Shown here: positions 26,300 to 39,310 of the stretch, piece after piece | Layout of the letters: each line of letters opens with the position of its first letter | How positions within the stretch are numbered: the first letter of the stretch is position 1 | Notes under the pieces: generated by a model | What the model was told of the DNA's origin: nothing | Databases searched by the model: none | What the model saw: the letters and a program-made list of their open reading frames with translations, nothing else | Origin: Vicugna vicugna | Taxonomy: Eukaryota | DNA: 64,000 nucleotides | NCBI GenBank assembly: GCA_013265495.1 | Contig: MU058065.1 | Coordinates: forward strand, 9,651,720-9,715,719 | Direction of reading: 5' to 3' | Made by a program: the position numbers and the translations under genes

Positions 26300-26860
26300 A
26301 TAACTACTGAGAATGCTTACTGAATGCTGCCTTCCCATTGGGCCCTGTGCTCAGTGCTGCCACACACTTGATCTGAGAGGCAGTGTGCTGCAAGCTGAGA
26401 AGCCACTTAACCTGTGGCAGCAGGGCATGTGGACTTTGGAGTCTATATCCATTCACTTAACCACTGATTTCTTTTATTCTGCCTTAAACACTGGAGTGCC
26501 TCTGCTGTGTAGGAACTGTGTGGACCCTGGGGATAAGTCCTGAATAAACCACAGTCTCTAGCAATTAAGATACTTACAGTCAGTGGTTGGGGATAGGAGG
26601 AGAAGTCCTACAAGAAAATAGGCAACTATATTATACCATGAAAAGCGCTGTCAGAAATGGTGGTGTGCCTACAGTACTGTGGGAACACATACATACAAGA
26701 GGCAGGCTGCCTATAGAAAATAGCACATAAGTCAAGTCCTGAAAGACCAGTAAGAATTATCCAGGCAAACAAAGAGATGAGGAGAGGGCATTATAATCTT
26801 TCCTGGGAGAAGTGCTAGCAGGTGCAGAAGATGAGGCAAGAGAGAATATAGTTGAAATCC
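26300..26860 (-). mobile_element. L2 fragments
   Basis: 'aatgcttactgaatgctgcc', 'ctggagtgcctctgctgtgtaggaactgtgtggaccctgggga', 'agtcctgaaagaccagtaagaattatccaggcaaa'. Confidence 0.55.
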
Positions 26861-27242
26861 TTATTCAACTCCTTTCGTGTGAGTATCCTTGAGTAATTAC
26901 TTGAATTGTCCAAGTCTGAGTCCCTTCATCTGTAAAACGAGGTTAGGAATATTTCAAGGATTTGTCAAAGAAATGGTAGAGTTGAGGGATAATATGTTTC
27001 TTGTTTGTTGTTGTTGTCGTTTTTCATTACTTACATAGTAATTAATCAATGATGCACCCCACTCCACAAAAGAACTAAAAAACAAAATAAAAACAAATAA
27101 AATCCCAACCTGCATATGCTCTAGATTTCTTAGCCTAAAGCCAGGTTGCGTATTCTGACAGCATTGATGTAATTTAGAATATTAAATGATTAATAATGAT
27201 TTTAACTTCTCAATCACAGTTGCAGTAGTTCTTATCTCTGGC

Positions 27243-27281
27243 ATATATATATGTATACACACACACACACACACACACACA
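27243..27281. repeat. (TA)n(CA)n compound microsatellite
   Basis: 'atatatatatgtatacacacacacacacacacacacaca'. Confidence 0.95.
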
Positions 27282-27779
27282 TAAACCATATTATGTATTT
27301 TTATTAAAGCCTTATCCTTTGCTTTTCAAAACACTTTGACACATCAAATGAACACGTGCCCACGTGGCTTAAAATAGATGAATCATGGAACTAAAGAACA
27401 TGTGTTTTCTCTGACTTCTGTAATTCATTTTCAAAGGAAGTTTTCTTCCAGGGAAATCCTGAGTTTGTTAAGCTGGAGGTGTTCTTTCAGATGCTGGTAA
27501 CAGTTGGGGACAGTGGGCATGACTAAGAGGGAGTGAAAAGCATTATTTTAAATGAGGACAGTTTAATCATGCTGACTGATGAACGCATCCTGCAATTGAG
27601 AACAATTTGTCCTTTCTATGCAAGTCTGCATTATCATCATTTGTCATCGCTCTTGTTATAAATATATTAAGCACATAGGGATTCTGGACAATACTTATTT
27701 TTTTCAGGGCAGGGATTATAAAAATTATTTATTGTTCTGTATTTAAACAGGCATCCTGAATTCATAGAAAATTGAGAGA

Positions 27780-28000
27780 AGACATGGCATAGTGAGGCGT
27801 GGAGTGTCAGTGAAGATACTAAGTTCAGGAGCTTCTTAATATCAGAGAGACCTTGATTTAAATTCAGGACTCAATATGTGGCCCCGAAAAATTATCTGTC
27901 TCTGTGGCTCAGTTTTCTCGTCTGTAAAATGGAGGTATGAGCAGTACTTCCCTCAGAAGTTACTTAAAAGAATTAAGTGAAATGCTCCATTAGAAGTAAT
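27780..28000 (+). mobile_element. MIR SINE
   Basis: 'tctctgtggctcagttttctcgtctgtaaaatggaggtatgagcagtacttccctcagaagttacttaaaagaattaagtgaaa'. Confidence 0.75.
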
Positions 28001-29893
28001 TGTGTTTCATACATATCTCTCCATGAGAGATAAATATTATTAGGTATCATGATCAAAGTATTTTTTTTCAAGTTTAGGTCATGTTGCAATGAGCTGAAGA
28101 GTCAAGGTATAGGAAGGAGTCATTAACGCTGGTAACTTTTTCCAATGAGGGAATCAAAGTACAGCACTGAGATATGGCCCAGAGTGGCAAACGACATGAA
28201 ACCCAGGCTCTCAAGGGTCCATTTTTACAGGCTGAATGCATACCATCATGCATGCATAGGTCCTGCATCTGTTGTCTGGATAGTTATGCAAGTAACGGGA
28301 TGTCAGTAAACTGAGTCAAGGAAGGTCCAAGTTGGAGAGATTTGGTTGTGAAAGTTGGCCCGCAAAGATTTTTTAAGCTGTTGCCTTTTCAACATGATTT
28401 TATCCTAATAAGCTAATTAAATCTAAGAATGTGAAAGTGAGTCTGAACATGGACTTATCATTGACTCTTATCTTGTTTTTTTGAATAAGCAGAGTATTTT
28501 CTAGTCTTCTCTCTTAAGATCTATTTCCCAGCTAGAACACTTCAGAATAGATTGCTCAGGCCACCTCCATTAACACTGCACCTCTTCCCACTGCAGGTAC
28601 GGGCCTGATCCATTCACGTCTGGATTAATGGAGCCTCACTCCCAGTCACACAGGCAACTGGCTAAGTGGTCTTCAGCTCTCCCTCTTCTCTGCAGAGGGC
28701 ACTGCTCAATGCTTGTGAGTACACATGCTTAATTAAGTAGGGGTCCTTACTTTTAATAACATTCTGTTTTAAATTATGAGATGTTCTTAATTCTAATGAC
28801 AATTCCACTCTAGAAATGACCTGTACAGCAGGCCAGAAATGCTCTTTGGTGAATTTATTAGATATTATTAGGCTAATAACAATCTGGTTTGTAAATCAGG
28901 AGAAATTGATCAATTACCCAGATGTCCGCTGAGCAAGGATCACATTGGGTCTGAACAGATTGCTGCCTTTTTTTTTTTTCCCTTCAGTGCTTCATATTAC
29001 CTTTCTGCCTTCAAGAGTTTGCTTGATGGTGAAACAGGGAATATAAACATGAACCTATGTGACAGTATGCCACATGACCCACATCTAACGCACTCTGGCT
29101 TTCCTTGAATAAAGGCTTCATGACAAGCCATTGCAGAAGTACTTCAGGGTTTTATAAGCCTAATTAGAATTTCATTAACTTAATCATGAATTACCCCTGG
29201 CTCATGTCTGCTTGTTACCTTTTCCCTCTCAGTTTGGATTTTGACCCATGGGTTTAAACTGTTTAATGTGGCAGCTGCTTAGATCCTATGTTGAAGGGTA
29301 GGCTTGAAATTCATGCAGTGAAGGGGCTATCTTTCTCAGTCTGTTTGAAGTGCACCTGGAAATTGTAGGCTTAGCAGGAAGAGAAAACGCTCAAACCTGA
29401 CACTGCAGCTCGAAGTGTTAAATGGGCGGTACTCTAAGGAAGCGTGGAGACATGCTGCCTCTGCACCAACGGTGCTTTGAACTTAAAAAAATCCAGATCT
29501 CATTCAAAAAGTCTGCATGTGGTTTCCTCCCCTAATCTAAGTTTCAAGATTCACTTAGAATTAAAATCAGGCAACAGAAAAATATCAAAAGTTTAAAATG
29601 TCACATCTAAACTCACTGGTTTATGGAAATGGAAGAATACTGAGGAAGGTACATCTGGAATGTCGTCCAATAGCTCTGAGAGTTATGTGTTGCCCAAAGG
29701 TGTGAATCCTGTATCACTTAAGATAATCTGCTGGCTGCTCTAAGTCTGACAGTTCACAGCACATTGTAAATCACCTGAATCTGATTTATGTGCACACAAA
29801 CACTGTAATGAGAAGAATTACTATGACTGTTAGTGGTGGATGCTGTCTGAATGGGTGCCAAGATGTTGGCTGATTATTGGTGCAATGCCAAGC

Positions 29894-29895
<2 letters not shown>

Positions 29896-29923
<28 letters not shown>
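29896..29923. repeat. (TG)14 microsatellite
   Basis: Perfect TG run. Confidence 0.95.
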
Positions 29924-29926
<3 letters not shown>

Positions 29927-30692
29927 ATGTGGATAGATGTATCTGCATTTCAAATTGTGCAGGGCTTTAATTGGCAAGATGAGTGGCATCTTGTTTGGTT
30001 TTATCTGGTTTCCTGTACATCCAAAGGTACTAGAGTTGGCTGCTCTGATACCAGCTACAAGATTGCCTTGATATCTCTCTATCATCTTCTTTAAAAATGA
30101 AAGTTATTTTTTAATGTTGATGTGAGTAATTAGAATCTTTTATAGGTTAAAAATTCTTTTTAGTGTTCAAATGTTGATGACTTCAGTTGGAATTCTAATT
30201 GTACTTCATTTCTGCCTCTTTACCAGTTGGAAAACATCAGGGCCTTAGACCAAGAAGTCCTAAAATATTTAATTCACCTAGCTCCTGAGGGAAAAGTCCA
30301 CCTGCTTTCACAGTTCTCTGTTGAAGTTGTGGGAATGGATTCTTTGGAAATAAAGAATTTTCAAGAAATATAGTTAAGCTTTTTAGAAAATTTATAGCTT
30401 ATTTGGACATTTGAATACCTGAGGGAAATCTTGCTGAAATCTAGGTGCATAGCCCAGGCCAGAATGCTGTCAACTACCTGGCCGTCTCTGGAGTGTTTTC
30501 TTTTTTAGGCCATACAAGTTCCCTCTCAAGATAGGGAAGAGAGTCTGTCACTTCTAGTCTTAAGAGGCCTGGGATCACTTTTTGTCATAATTGTGCTAAA
30601 CTAGCATTATACTTCAGGATCAGTTACTCTCCTTCTGCAATGTCACTTTAGTAAGTCCAGCTAAACCCAGATGTCAGAAACATTCCTTTTCT

Positions 30693-30847
30693 AAAATATG
30701 AAAATGAGTATATGTATGTATATGCATGACTGGGACATTGTGCTGTACACCAGAAATCGACACATTGTAATTGACTGTACTTCAATAAAAAATTAAATAA
30801 AATAAAAGTCACTTAAAAATTGAAAAAAACAGAACAAAACAAGACAA
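30693..30847 (+). mobile_element. Young, very short L1 3' end with A-rich tail and probable TSD
   Basis: 'gagtatatgtatgtatatgcatgactgggacattgtgctgtacaccagaaatcgacacattgtaattgactgtacttcaataaaaa' plus A-rich tail; flanks aaacattccttttct (30678-30692) and aaaaattcctctcct (30848-30862); related to the 12241-12483 copy. Confidence 0.88.
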
Positions 30848-31789
30848 AAAAATTCCTCTCCTTATAACTTAGGCATCCCTAGGAAAGAAGGGCAAAGAAC
30901 TAGGGACTTCAGACAAAGAAAAAGAATAATAGGGGGACTGTCATTCTAAATACAATTAGTGCAGTGAGGCCAGAATTGATCTCTCAATCAAACATTCAAA
31001 CCTCAAGTTTATACTGAGTGCCTACCACATACACAGTACTATGTGAGGCATTGTTTTCTCAGGAAAAATTGTGAAATACCGGTATGGGACAAAGTAAAAA
31101 AAAAAGGAAAAATAATCTCAAGTGTCCTATCTAGCATGACCTTCTAGGTTATCTCTGGTTTTCATTGTCTTTTAGTTATTTTATAACTCTGTAAGTTGTG
31201 GAGAACCGATAGTAATGCAAATGATTCTTGTCCCTGGAAATGAAAATTGTGTCTGGTGGAATGAAATTGATTATAGCCCTGTGAATAGACCTGTTTGGCA
31301 TCTAGTTGTAAATTTATTTCAGAATTTCTTATCTAATTATATATGTATGGTACTTTAAATTCTCCTCTGAACAAATTGTAAGATCTTACTGGTCCCCTCA
31401 TTAATTATTCAGTTAAATAAAGTCTTTGACATGTTCATTTTATATTTGTTTAAAGGTCGTGATTATGCCCTCCTTTAAACACTCTAACAATTTGGCAATA
31501 AAAATTATGACTCATAGTTGCTCTTAAATTGTTTGATTTTTAAATGGGAAGATGAGACAAATGACTACAAATTGACATGCAATTCTGAGCTCTCTCTGTC
31601 AACGAGGTTGGTGTTTATATTCTGAGGGCAGATTATACTAATCAATAACTATTTGCACTTATTCTTTCATTTCTTTTAACTAGTTGATTACTTGCAAGTG
31701 AGAAAATTCATGTGAAAAGATCAAAGAGGTGTCTTTTATAGGCTACTGTAGCCACAGTGATTAAAAAAATTTTTTTAGATAAGACTTTT

Positions 31790-32775
31790 TTTCATTATCA
31801 AAATAAGAATTTTATTAATATCTAGAAAATAACCATGGAGAGTAATAAAACTTGGAAATCATGGAAAATCAAGGAGAATAAAAACAATAAACCACAGCTC
31901 TATTAAGTAATGCAAGCATTTTGACATATTTTTATCTAGATTTTCTATGCTCAGTTTTGTTATTTGTTTTCATTTTTAGTTTTGTGTGGTTGTTTGGCTT
32001 GTATCTTTTGCATAGTATATATAAGCTGAATAATGGTCCCCCCAAATATCCCACATCCTAATCCATGGGACCTATGAATAAGTGAGTTCCATGGCAAAGG
32101 GGAAGTAAAGCTGCAGCTGGAATTAAGGTTGCTAGTCAGCTGACTTTAAAATAGACAGATGATCCTGGATTATTAAGGTAGGCCCAGTATAACTACAAGG
32201 GTCTTTAAAGTGAAAAAAGGAGACAGAAAAGGGAAAGCTAGAAAGATGGCAACTTGCTGGAGAAGAGAGCCCCAAGCCAAGGAATGCAGGTGGCCTCTAG
32301 AATCTGGAAAAAGTAAGGAAATGAATTTTCTCCTAGAGTATCCAGGAGCAATGCAGTCCTGCTGATACCTTGATTTTAGCCCACTGAGATGCACTTCAGA
32401 TTTCTCACCTCTAGAACTGTAAAGTAATACATTTATATTGTTTAAACTACTAAGTTTGTGGTTATTGTTTATAGCAACAATATGAAACTAATGCAGTACA
32501 CATACATAGATTTTTAAAACCTTTAATGTTGTATTATATAAACCTACATGTGACTTTAAAGTTTTTGCAAACATAATTTGTAATGGGCACCTCATAGTTT
32601 ACTTAATCATTCTCTTATTATTGTCCATTTAGAATGTTTCTATTTTTCTATTGAAATGATATGCTCCTATTAATACCTTTGGGCATAAAGCGTTTTGTAT
32701 ATTTTGCATTAACTTCCCTAGGATAGATTCACAAAAATAGAATTACTGTATCAAAAGGTAGAAGCATTTTTAGGG
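31790..32775 (-). mobile_element. Old L1ME-like 3' end split by an MLT1 LTR
   Basis: 'catagtttacttaatcattctcttattattgtccatttagaatgtttctattttt', 'cctaggatagattcacaaaaatagaattactgtatcaaaaggtagaagcattttta'. Confidence 0.6.
32016..32495 (+). mobile_element. MaLR solo LTR (MLT1D-like)
   Basis: 'gctgaataatggtccccccaaatatcccacatcctaatcc...ccaagccaaggaatgcaggtggcctctagaatctggaaaaagtaaggaaatgaattttctcctagag...aagtttgtggttattgtttatagcaacaatatgaaactaatgca'. Confidence 0.9.
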
Positions 32776-34289
32776 CAAAAAGTTTATGAGGAAAGGCAGA
32801 TGAAGATCATAGAATTCATATTTCTGACCAATGGGTAGGGGGTGTGTATTTTCAGCTTTTACCAAGCCCACTCAAAAGACCTGAGTAAATAATCCTTCTT
32901 TTGCCTCCTTGTCCACCTTCCTCAGTTGCTCAGTGCAACAGAACCCAAAAAGAACAATGAGGCAAGTTTCAAAGATCTGAGTGACAGTCTTACAGACTCA
33001 GGTATAGAAAACAGCAGAGTGACTTCATTAACCCTGAAAATAAGTAACTGGTGAAAGGTACAGAATTTAGCAGAGTTTCTTGAAGAAAAACAACCTCCTT
33101 CAAGTACATTAAGAGTGACTTTGTGTGTGTGTGTGTTTGCAATTAGGACTTGAGCAAGACAGTGATCATCTTGGGATGATCTTGGGTTGGGGCCTCAGAG
33201 GGTGATAAGTGCAAATTTTCAGAGTATAAAAAGGGATTTTGAGAATGGACAAGAGATGCTTCCTTTGGTACTATGGTTCAAGTCTTTGCTAATTCCTAGT
33301 AAGGGAGAAATTAAAATAAATGTTAGAACCAACTGTATTATTTGAATATGTTATTTATAATCAGCTGCTTGGAAACTCCCGTGTAATTCTTACTCTATCT
33401 GACAGGCTCTGTGATTTCCAATAAATAGAATTCTATTATTATTTTCCTAAAGGGTTATAATAACAAATCTCTCCAGGTATTCTCATAACTAAGTATCTTG
33501 GCAAAGTTGTCACCCTTCACAACTGTAGTCAGAGTTCCTGTATCTGGAGTGAGCAGACCAGGTAAATAATGCCTTCTGACTCTCTCTTCCCCCAAGCCCA
33601 TGTGCAGTCTTGCCTTTGTCTGGGTGTGCTGTCACATCTTGACTTTGTACTTCCAGAGGCTATAAGCAACCAGTTGGGAAAAAGAAGAATGTGGAATCTT
33701 CCAATTAGCTATTTCTTGGATTCCCTAGATAACTAGGAGAAGAGAGATTTTAACCTCTTAAGCCAATCTTAGTGAGATAAAGAAGACTTCATTCCTAGAT
33801 ATGCAGGAAAAAGTAAAACTGGGGGAAAGAAATGAACTCAAAGGTCCAAGTATAGTGTTAATTATGTTTTAATTTTTCTATTTGTTAAAAGTTTCTAAGC
33901 CATCACTTTATTGTCTCTTCAACTTATTTTACAGGTAACTTCATTTAACATGCAATGAGAAGGTGAAGCAGGACAGGCTGAAGTGTTTATTAGGAGTGTT
34001 TATGGGCTGAGGAGGTGACCCATGGGAGGCATCCCTGTAGGAATGATGCTCAGATTAAACAACAAGACAGCTGAGTGGAAAATGTGTCTTTCCAGGATGG
34101 GATTGGACCTTGACTGCTATAAACTGCAATAAAATTAGCAAAGGAGAGCATTAAGTGTTGACCTAGAAAGACTGAAGAAAGGTTACAATTTCATTAGAAT
34201 AATGTTTTTTTTTGAAAAAGGAAAGTTTTATATGGGACGACAAGGAGGATGGGGATTATTACTGATATTTAGTTATGCTTTTGGGAGTA

Positions 34290-34588
34290 CAATCAGTGCC
34301 CTGTATCCACAGGTTCCATATTCATGGATTCAACTACCCATGGATTGAAAATATATATAAAAAAATTCCAGAAAGTTCCAAAAAGTAAAACTTGAACTTA
34401 CATAGCATTTACATTGTATTCACAACTATTTACATAGCGTTTACATTGTATTAAGTATTATGAGTAATCTAGAGATGATATAAAGTGTATAGGAGAATGT
34501 GCAAATACTATGCCATTTTAAATAAGGGACTTGAGCATCTGTGGATTTTGATATCCACGCGTGGGTTCTGGATACCAAGGGACAATTG
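34290..34588 (-). mobile_element. MER2-like TcMar-Tigger MITE
   Basis: 'gtatccacaggttccatattcatggattcaac...gtaatctagagatgatataaagtgtataggag...gggacttgagcatctgtggattttgatatccacg...ggataccaagggacaattg'; preceded by TA. Confidence 0.88.
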
Positions 34589-35804
34589 CAATAAAGAGGA
34601 ACACAGAGTAAAATGGCAACAGTTGCTTAGGAGCCAGCCAGTAGTTCCTCTGTTATATTTTCCCAGGATGAAGACCTTTGCTTAGAACGTAATGGATTCC
34701 AAATAATCACTTTCATCCTAAATGAGTCTGTCCAGGAAGAAAAAGCTATTAAGCCATCAAGGCAGCCCCCTCCCTGCTCCTCACCTAGGTGTTAAAACAA
34801 AATGTTTGCAAACCAAGGATCTCATTTTCAGGAGAGGCCTGTAAGTTAACAGCCTTGCCTATGGAATCTCAGTTTGCAAACACATTCTGAATATTTACCT
34901 AAAAACTTAAGTTCTTACAATGTCAATTGTTTGGAGATGAGATATTGACCTGTGATGCTATGTAAAGAAGTATATTATAAGGCTACTTTGGAGAAGTGAA
35001 TTTCAAAAAATAGTATCTGAATCTGTAGTTGTTTCAACATTCAATTGTGTGAATAAATTAAGTATTCTAACTCCTCATTTTTGCTTTGCATATGTAAATA
35101 TGGTATTTTGTACTTGTGGAATTGTTTAGATAATTAGAGAGTTGGATTCTGAGCTCAAAAATCAAATCTTTCAAAGGCACATTTGGCTGAGAAAAGAATG
35201 GGGCAATTTTTTTCATCTTTGCTTTTTTGGGTTATGAGAAAAAGTTCTTTTGGTCGAGTTGTGTTGCTGCCAACCTCTCTCAGAGTGAAATGGTAGTTTG
35301 TGTATGGAAATCCATGAGTCAGGAGCAAAAATAAATGGTGATTAAAAAAAAGAGAGTGAGATTAATGTGGAAAGATTTCAAATGGTGCATAGGTGCCAAA
35401 CGCTTATGCTGCTGAGCGGTTGCAGAGGGCTATACTCAAATATCTTTTGAGCCTCCAGTAGGTGGTAGGCAATCCTTTAGGTGCTGGTGGTTTAGTAGTG
35501 AATAGGCAGATGAAACTCAGGCCCCATTGGAAAGGACCCAGAGAAAGGATCATTGAAAAGTCTTAAGGCCAGAGTATAGTTGTAGTGCTGACCATGAGGG
35601 AAGCACATTTCTCAGCTTCTACCTCATTGGCTCCCTATTAACTAGGCAAGTGTCTGAAAAAGTCTTTGGAACAGAACATACCTCACAGGTTCCCTGCACC
35701 TTTCAAGGCAAGGGCTGGGTCTGGAGACTCCACTAGAGAGTTGTTCTTTTGAGTATATTTTGATGATCCAGGCCTGGGATTTCTCAAGCAGGGTTAGATT
35801 ATTC

Positions 35805-36190
35805 ATCCAAATAGTTAATAAATAGTTATTTAGCTTCTCCTAGGTTCCAGGCACCATAAAGATACAATGGTGACAAAATATTCACAGACTCTGCCTCATC
35901 TAGTTTTGAGGCTAGTGAGAGAGACAGATGTAATAGAAAAAAAATGAAAATATAATTACAAACTGAGATCAGAAGTTCAGGGTTCTGCAAGAACACAGAA
36001 TGGGGGCCTCTCAACTGTGCTGGGATTTGAAAGGTGAGTAGAGTTTAGCAGGGGAGTGGGAGGAGAGGCTCATTCCAGAAAGGGGCCAGGTTATGAGAGT
36101 TCCTGGGATTGGGGAGGAAGAAGGCCACTATGGCTGGACTACTGAGTGTTGGCAAGGACGTTAAGATTATAGGCAGAGTTGGCAAGGAAA
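35805..36190 (-). mobile_element. L2 fragment
   Basis: 'gttatttagcttctcctaggttccaggcacc...gatacaatggtgacaaaa...ctctgcctcat', 'tgggatttgaaaggtgagtagagtttagcagg'. Confidence 0.6.
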
Positions 36191-37029
36191 GTATGTACAA
36201 AGAGAGAGAATCCTCTTGATGCTAGTCGGGCTGCTGGTGGTTTCCAGCAGGTATGGAGAGATGCTCTCTATTTCTAGTCTAGAAATTGGGGTGTGGGTGA
36301 AGGTTGGGGGTGGTGTGGGAGAGCATTAGATCATTTATTTTTTCAAAATTAGGCTAACATTAGACTGATTTACTAAACAGGAATAGTTTGTTATAGCATT
36401 CTAAGATTGAATAGAGTAAGATACTATTATGAAATACCAATATACCATTGGTTTATCCATATCTAGCTACTTTCTCTATTTCATAGGCATTAAGGAGTGA
36501 TTTGATAACATATTTCCTACAATCTAGCACAGTGCCTGCTTGGAGTATGCACCTAAAAATTTGCTGATTGATTAAGTTCACTTTAATCACAAAAATCACT
36601 ACCCTATAGACTAAAACCTAATGAAGGCCTTATGTATATGATGGAAATCCAAGCATGCAAATTGGGGAAAGAAAAATGGGGATCATAACTAAATAATTTA
36701 CATATTCATCCCCAAAGCTGAATTGCCCAAGTCCTAGAAAACAGATTTTTTTTTTAATCATTGGAATTTGGGGATAATTCAGAGGCATTTTCTTATGTTA
36801 AGGAAGGAGACTTTATGGTTATGGGAATTTAGTCTGCATGTTTTACCTATAGAAGATGCATCATATCTGAGAAAAAAACCAAAGTAATTTAAAGAAGTGA
36901 TCCTACATGTTCTCAGGAGTATTTTGTACTGTAAGTTCCAGTATCAAAGCTAGTGTTCTAACTTAATAAATCCACTTCTATTTTCAGTTGGATAAAATTT
37001 TTTTGTTTGTTTATCTTGTTTGGGTTTAA

Positions 37030-37630
37030 AACAGCAATTTTCAAACAAGTGTCCGTACAAACCTGGAAATACACAGACTTTGCAGAGCTACAAAGTCGTA
37101 GCTCCCTTTAAGGGAATCCATTTCCAGATCCTCACCTTCTACATGGACTCTTTCCTAAAACTAATCTCCCAGAGAGAATGACTGGAGAGAATCCTTCCCC
37201 ATTGCCTTTTCACAACCACTCTCCTTTATTCTATATAAGAAAACCATGCGTCTAACTCATCTCTAATCTTATTGTAGTGTGTAACAGTGATAGTTGAGAC
37301 TGCATGGCTCCTGAGGGAGGCTCTGGTAAAAGCAAAGCAGAGAAAACTTGGATCGGAATTACTGATGCCTGCTGCGCCCTATTTCTATGTCATTATGGCA
37401 ACAAACTCACATCTTTCTATCTCATAATGAGTTTGAAAATATAGGTAATAATAAATTGAGTTTTTTAGCTCCAAGTTTTGACAAATATATGTTTAAAACA
37501 TATATTGATGTAAACTATGTTGGTAAATAATCCTCTGCAGTAATTTAAACTTATATGAAAAGTTTTAGAAGTTAACTTAAAAGTGTGAAAGGGGATACAC
37601 GGTTTTTCAGAAGCTTATGGATGTAAAATA
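37030..37630 (+). mobile_element. hAT-Charlie-like relic, same family as 15308-16270
   Basis: Starts 'cagcaattttcaaac'; the reverse complement of ~37500-37615 aligns by eye with ~15345-15470 ('ttgcacatttttaagttgacgtctaaaat'). Confidence 0.6.
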
Positions 37631-37984
37631 TTAGCTTATGGGAATAAGAGAATGTGCGGTGGCCCTGTGAATGAAAAGGAGCTCCCAAACCTCTCACTAG
37701 GAAAATGATTTGGCACCAATTAAATCATTTAACATTAAATAAACAAATTTCCTGGAGAATGATTGTATATACATGTGTATGTGTATATGTGTACCTATAT
37801 ATTTCTCACAATTTTCCAGAGGAAAATGATGGATTTGTTGAGTTTTTCATTGACACTCTGCCCTTCTTCTAGGGGAGCATAGGCTATCTTGTTCAGCAAA
37901 GTTGTCTTCCAGGGGTTGAGAAATAAGTCTGTCATTTCAATTTTTAAACACTCTGGAGGCAGGGCCACGAGAAGAGTGTTTTAA

Positions 37985-38310
37985 CCCCAGATTTACTAAA
38001 AGATCTATTTTCTCACTGTGAAAGTAATGTTTGTTGTAGAAAATTTTGAAAATACAAAAAGGACATTAAAAAAAAACAGCAATGCATTGCCATTAGGTTG
38101 CATATGTATCTTTCTACTCATTTTTCTATGTATAGAAATTACTTTCTTTTTGTAACATTAGAATCCTACTGTTGCAGTTTACAACCATTTTTAAATTGAA
38201 AAAATAAGTCTTGATCATTTCCCCACTTCATTAAATGTTACTCTACAATGTCATTTGTAATGATTGAGTATTATTCCTTTGGAAAGAGGTTCCATGATTA
38301 ATTAACTCTA
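37985..38310 (-). mobile_element. Old L1ME-like 3' end
   Basis: 'tgaaagtaatgtttgttgtagaaaattttgaaaatacaaaaa', 'gatcatttccccacttcattaaatgttactctacaatgtcatttgtaatgattgagtattattcc'. Confidence 0.55.
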
Positions 38311-39181
38311 CATTTCTCAGTCTTGAGCAAATATATGGATCCTTTTTAAGGGAAAAATAAATTCTCATGCTCCCTTCTGGGTTGGCTTATATTATTTTTA
38401 TTATGTAGTTACTCTCTATATAGAAATATAAAATTAGTATTAATTATTCATGATCCTAACTTGTCTACAACTATAAAAACAACACAAATTTACATTTAAA
38501 TTGAGATATAAAATCAATATAATTTAAATGCCAACAGTCATTGAAGGTGACAGTTGATATTTAATAGTAGGATGAAAAATGTTTTATATTTTTTTGCTTG
38601 GCATGGTGCATTTGATTTTAAGCCTGGTGGAACATCATCTGAATTATTTGAATATCATCATCATTATTTTTCCTTATAATAATAAACTCATTTTAAAACA
38701 GTGATCTATTATTTCCATGGATTAATCAATCTAATGGTGCACCTCAAAATACAATACCACCAGAAGTTTAAACAAAAATTCTTTACTACTAAACTTATTC
38801 TCGTTAGATGCAAAGACGGCTCCTCATAGTGTGAATGTGACATTAACAGCTATTTGCCCGCGATAACATAGTCTTCCCACAACTCTTCTCTGAACTGCCG
38901 TGCCAGCTTTGTTCTTGGAGTACTCCGTGGAGTTAGCCTTCACTTGGCACTACTAATGTGACTATAAACACAAACACAAACTCGGGCATTGAAATCATAG
39001 CGTAGCTGTTGGTTATAAATTGATCTACCAGATGGTCCAGAATATCTTTACATGAACGTTTTTTAGATTATCATCAAAATAAAAACACTGGGTTAAAAAA
39101 AAAAACTTTCATAACTCAGACCCTGAAGTACAAGGCTTTTGGAGCCCTAAATTGGTTAAAGTCTCTCTTCCTTGATATCTG

Positions 39182-39310
39182 GTACATTAGTTTTTCATTG
39201 CTATTGTATCAAATGACCACAACTTTAGCATCTTAAAACAACACAAATTTTTTAATCTTACAATTCTGGAGGTCAGAAGCCCTAAAATTGTGGTGTCAGC
39301 ATGGCTTTCT
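39182..39310 (-). mobile_element. MLT1 LTR 3' fragment
   Basis: 'gtacattagtttttcattgctattgtatcaaatgaccacaactttagcatcttaaaacaacacaaatt...tcttacaattctggaggtcagaag'. Confidence 0.75.

Noticed and set aside
38310..39160. Possible additional DNA transposon relic
   Set aside because: Ends look hAT-like but I could not assign a family, TIRs or TSD with confidence.
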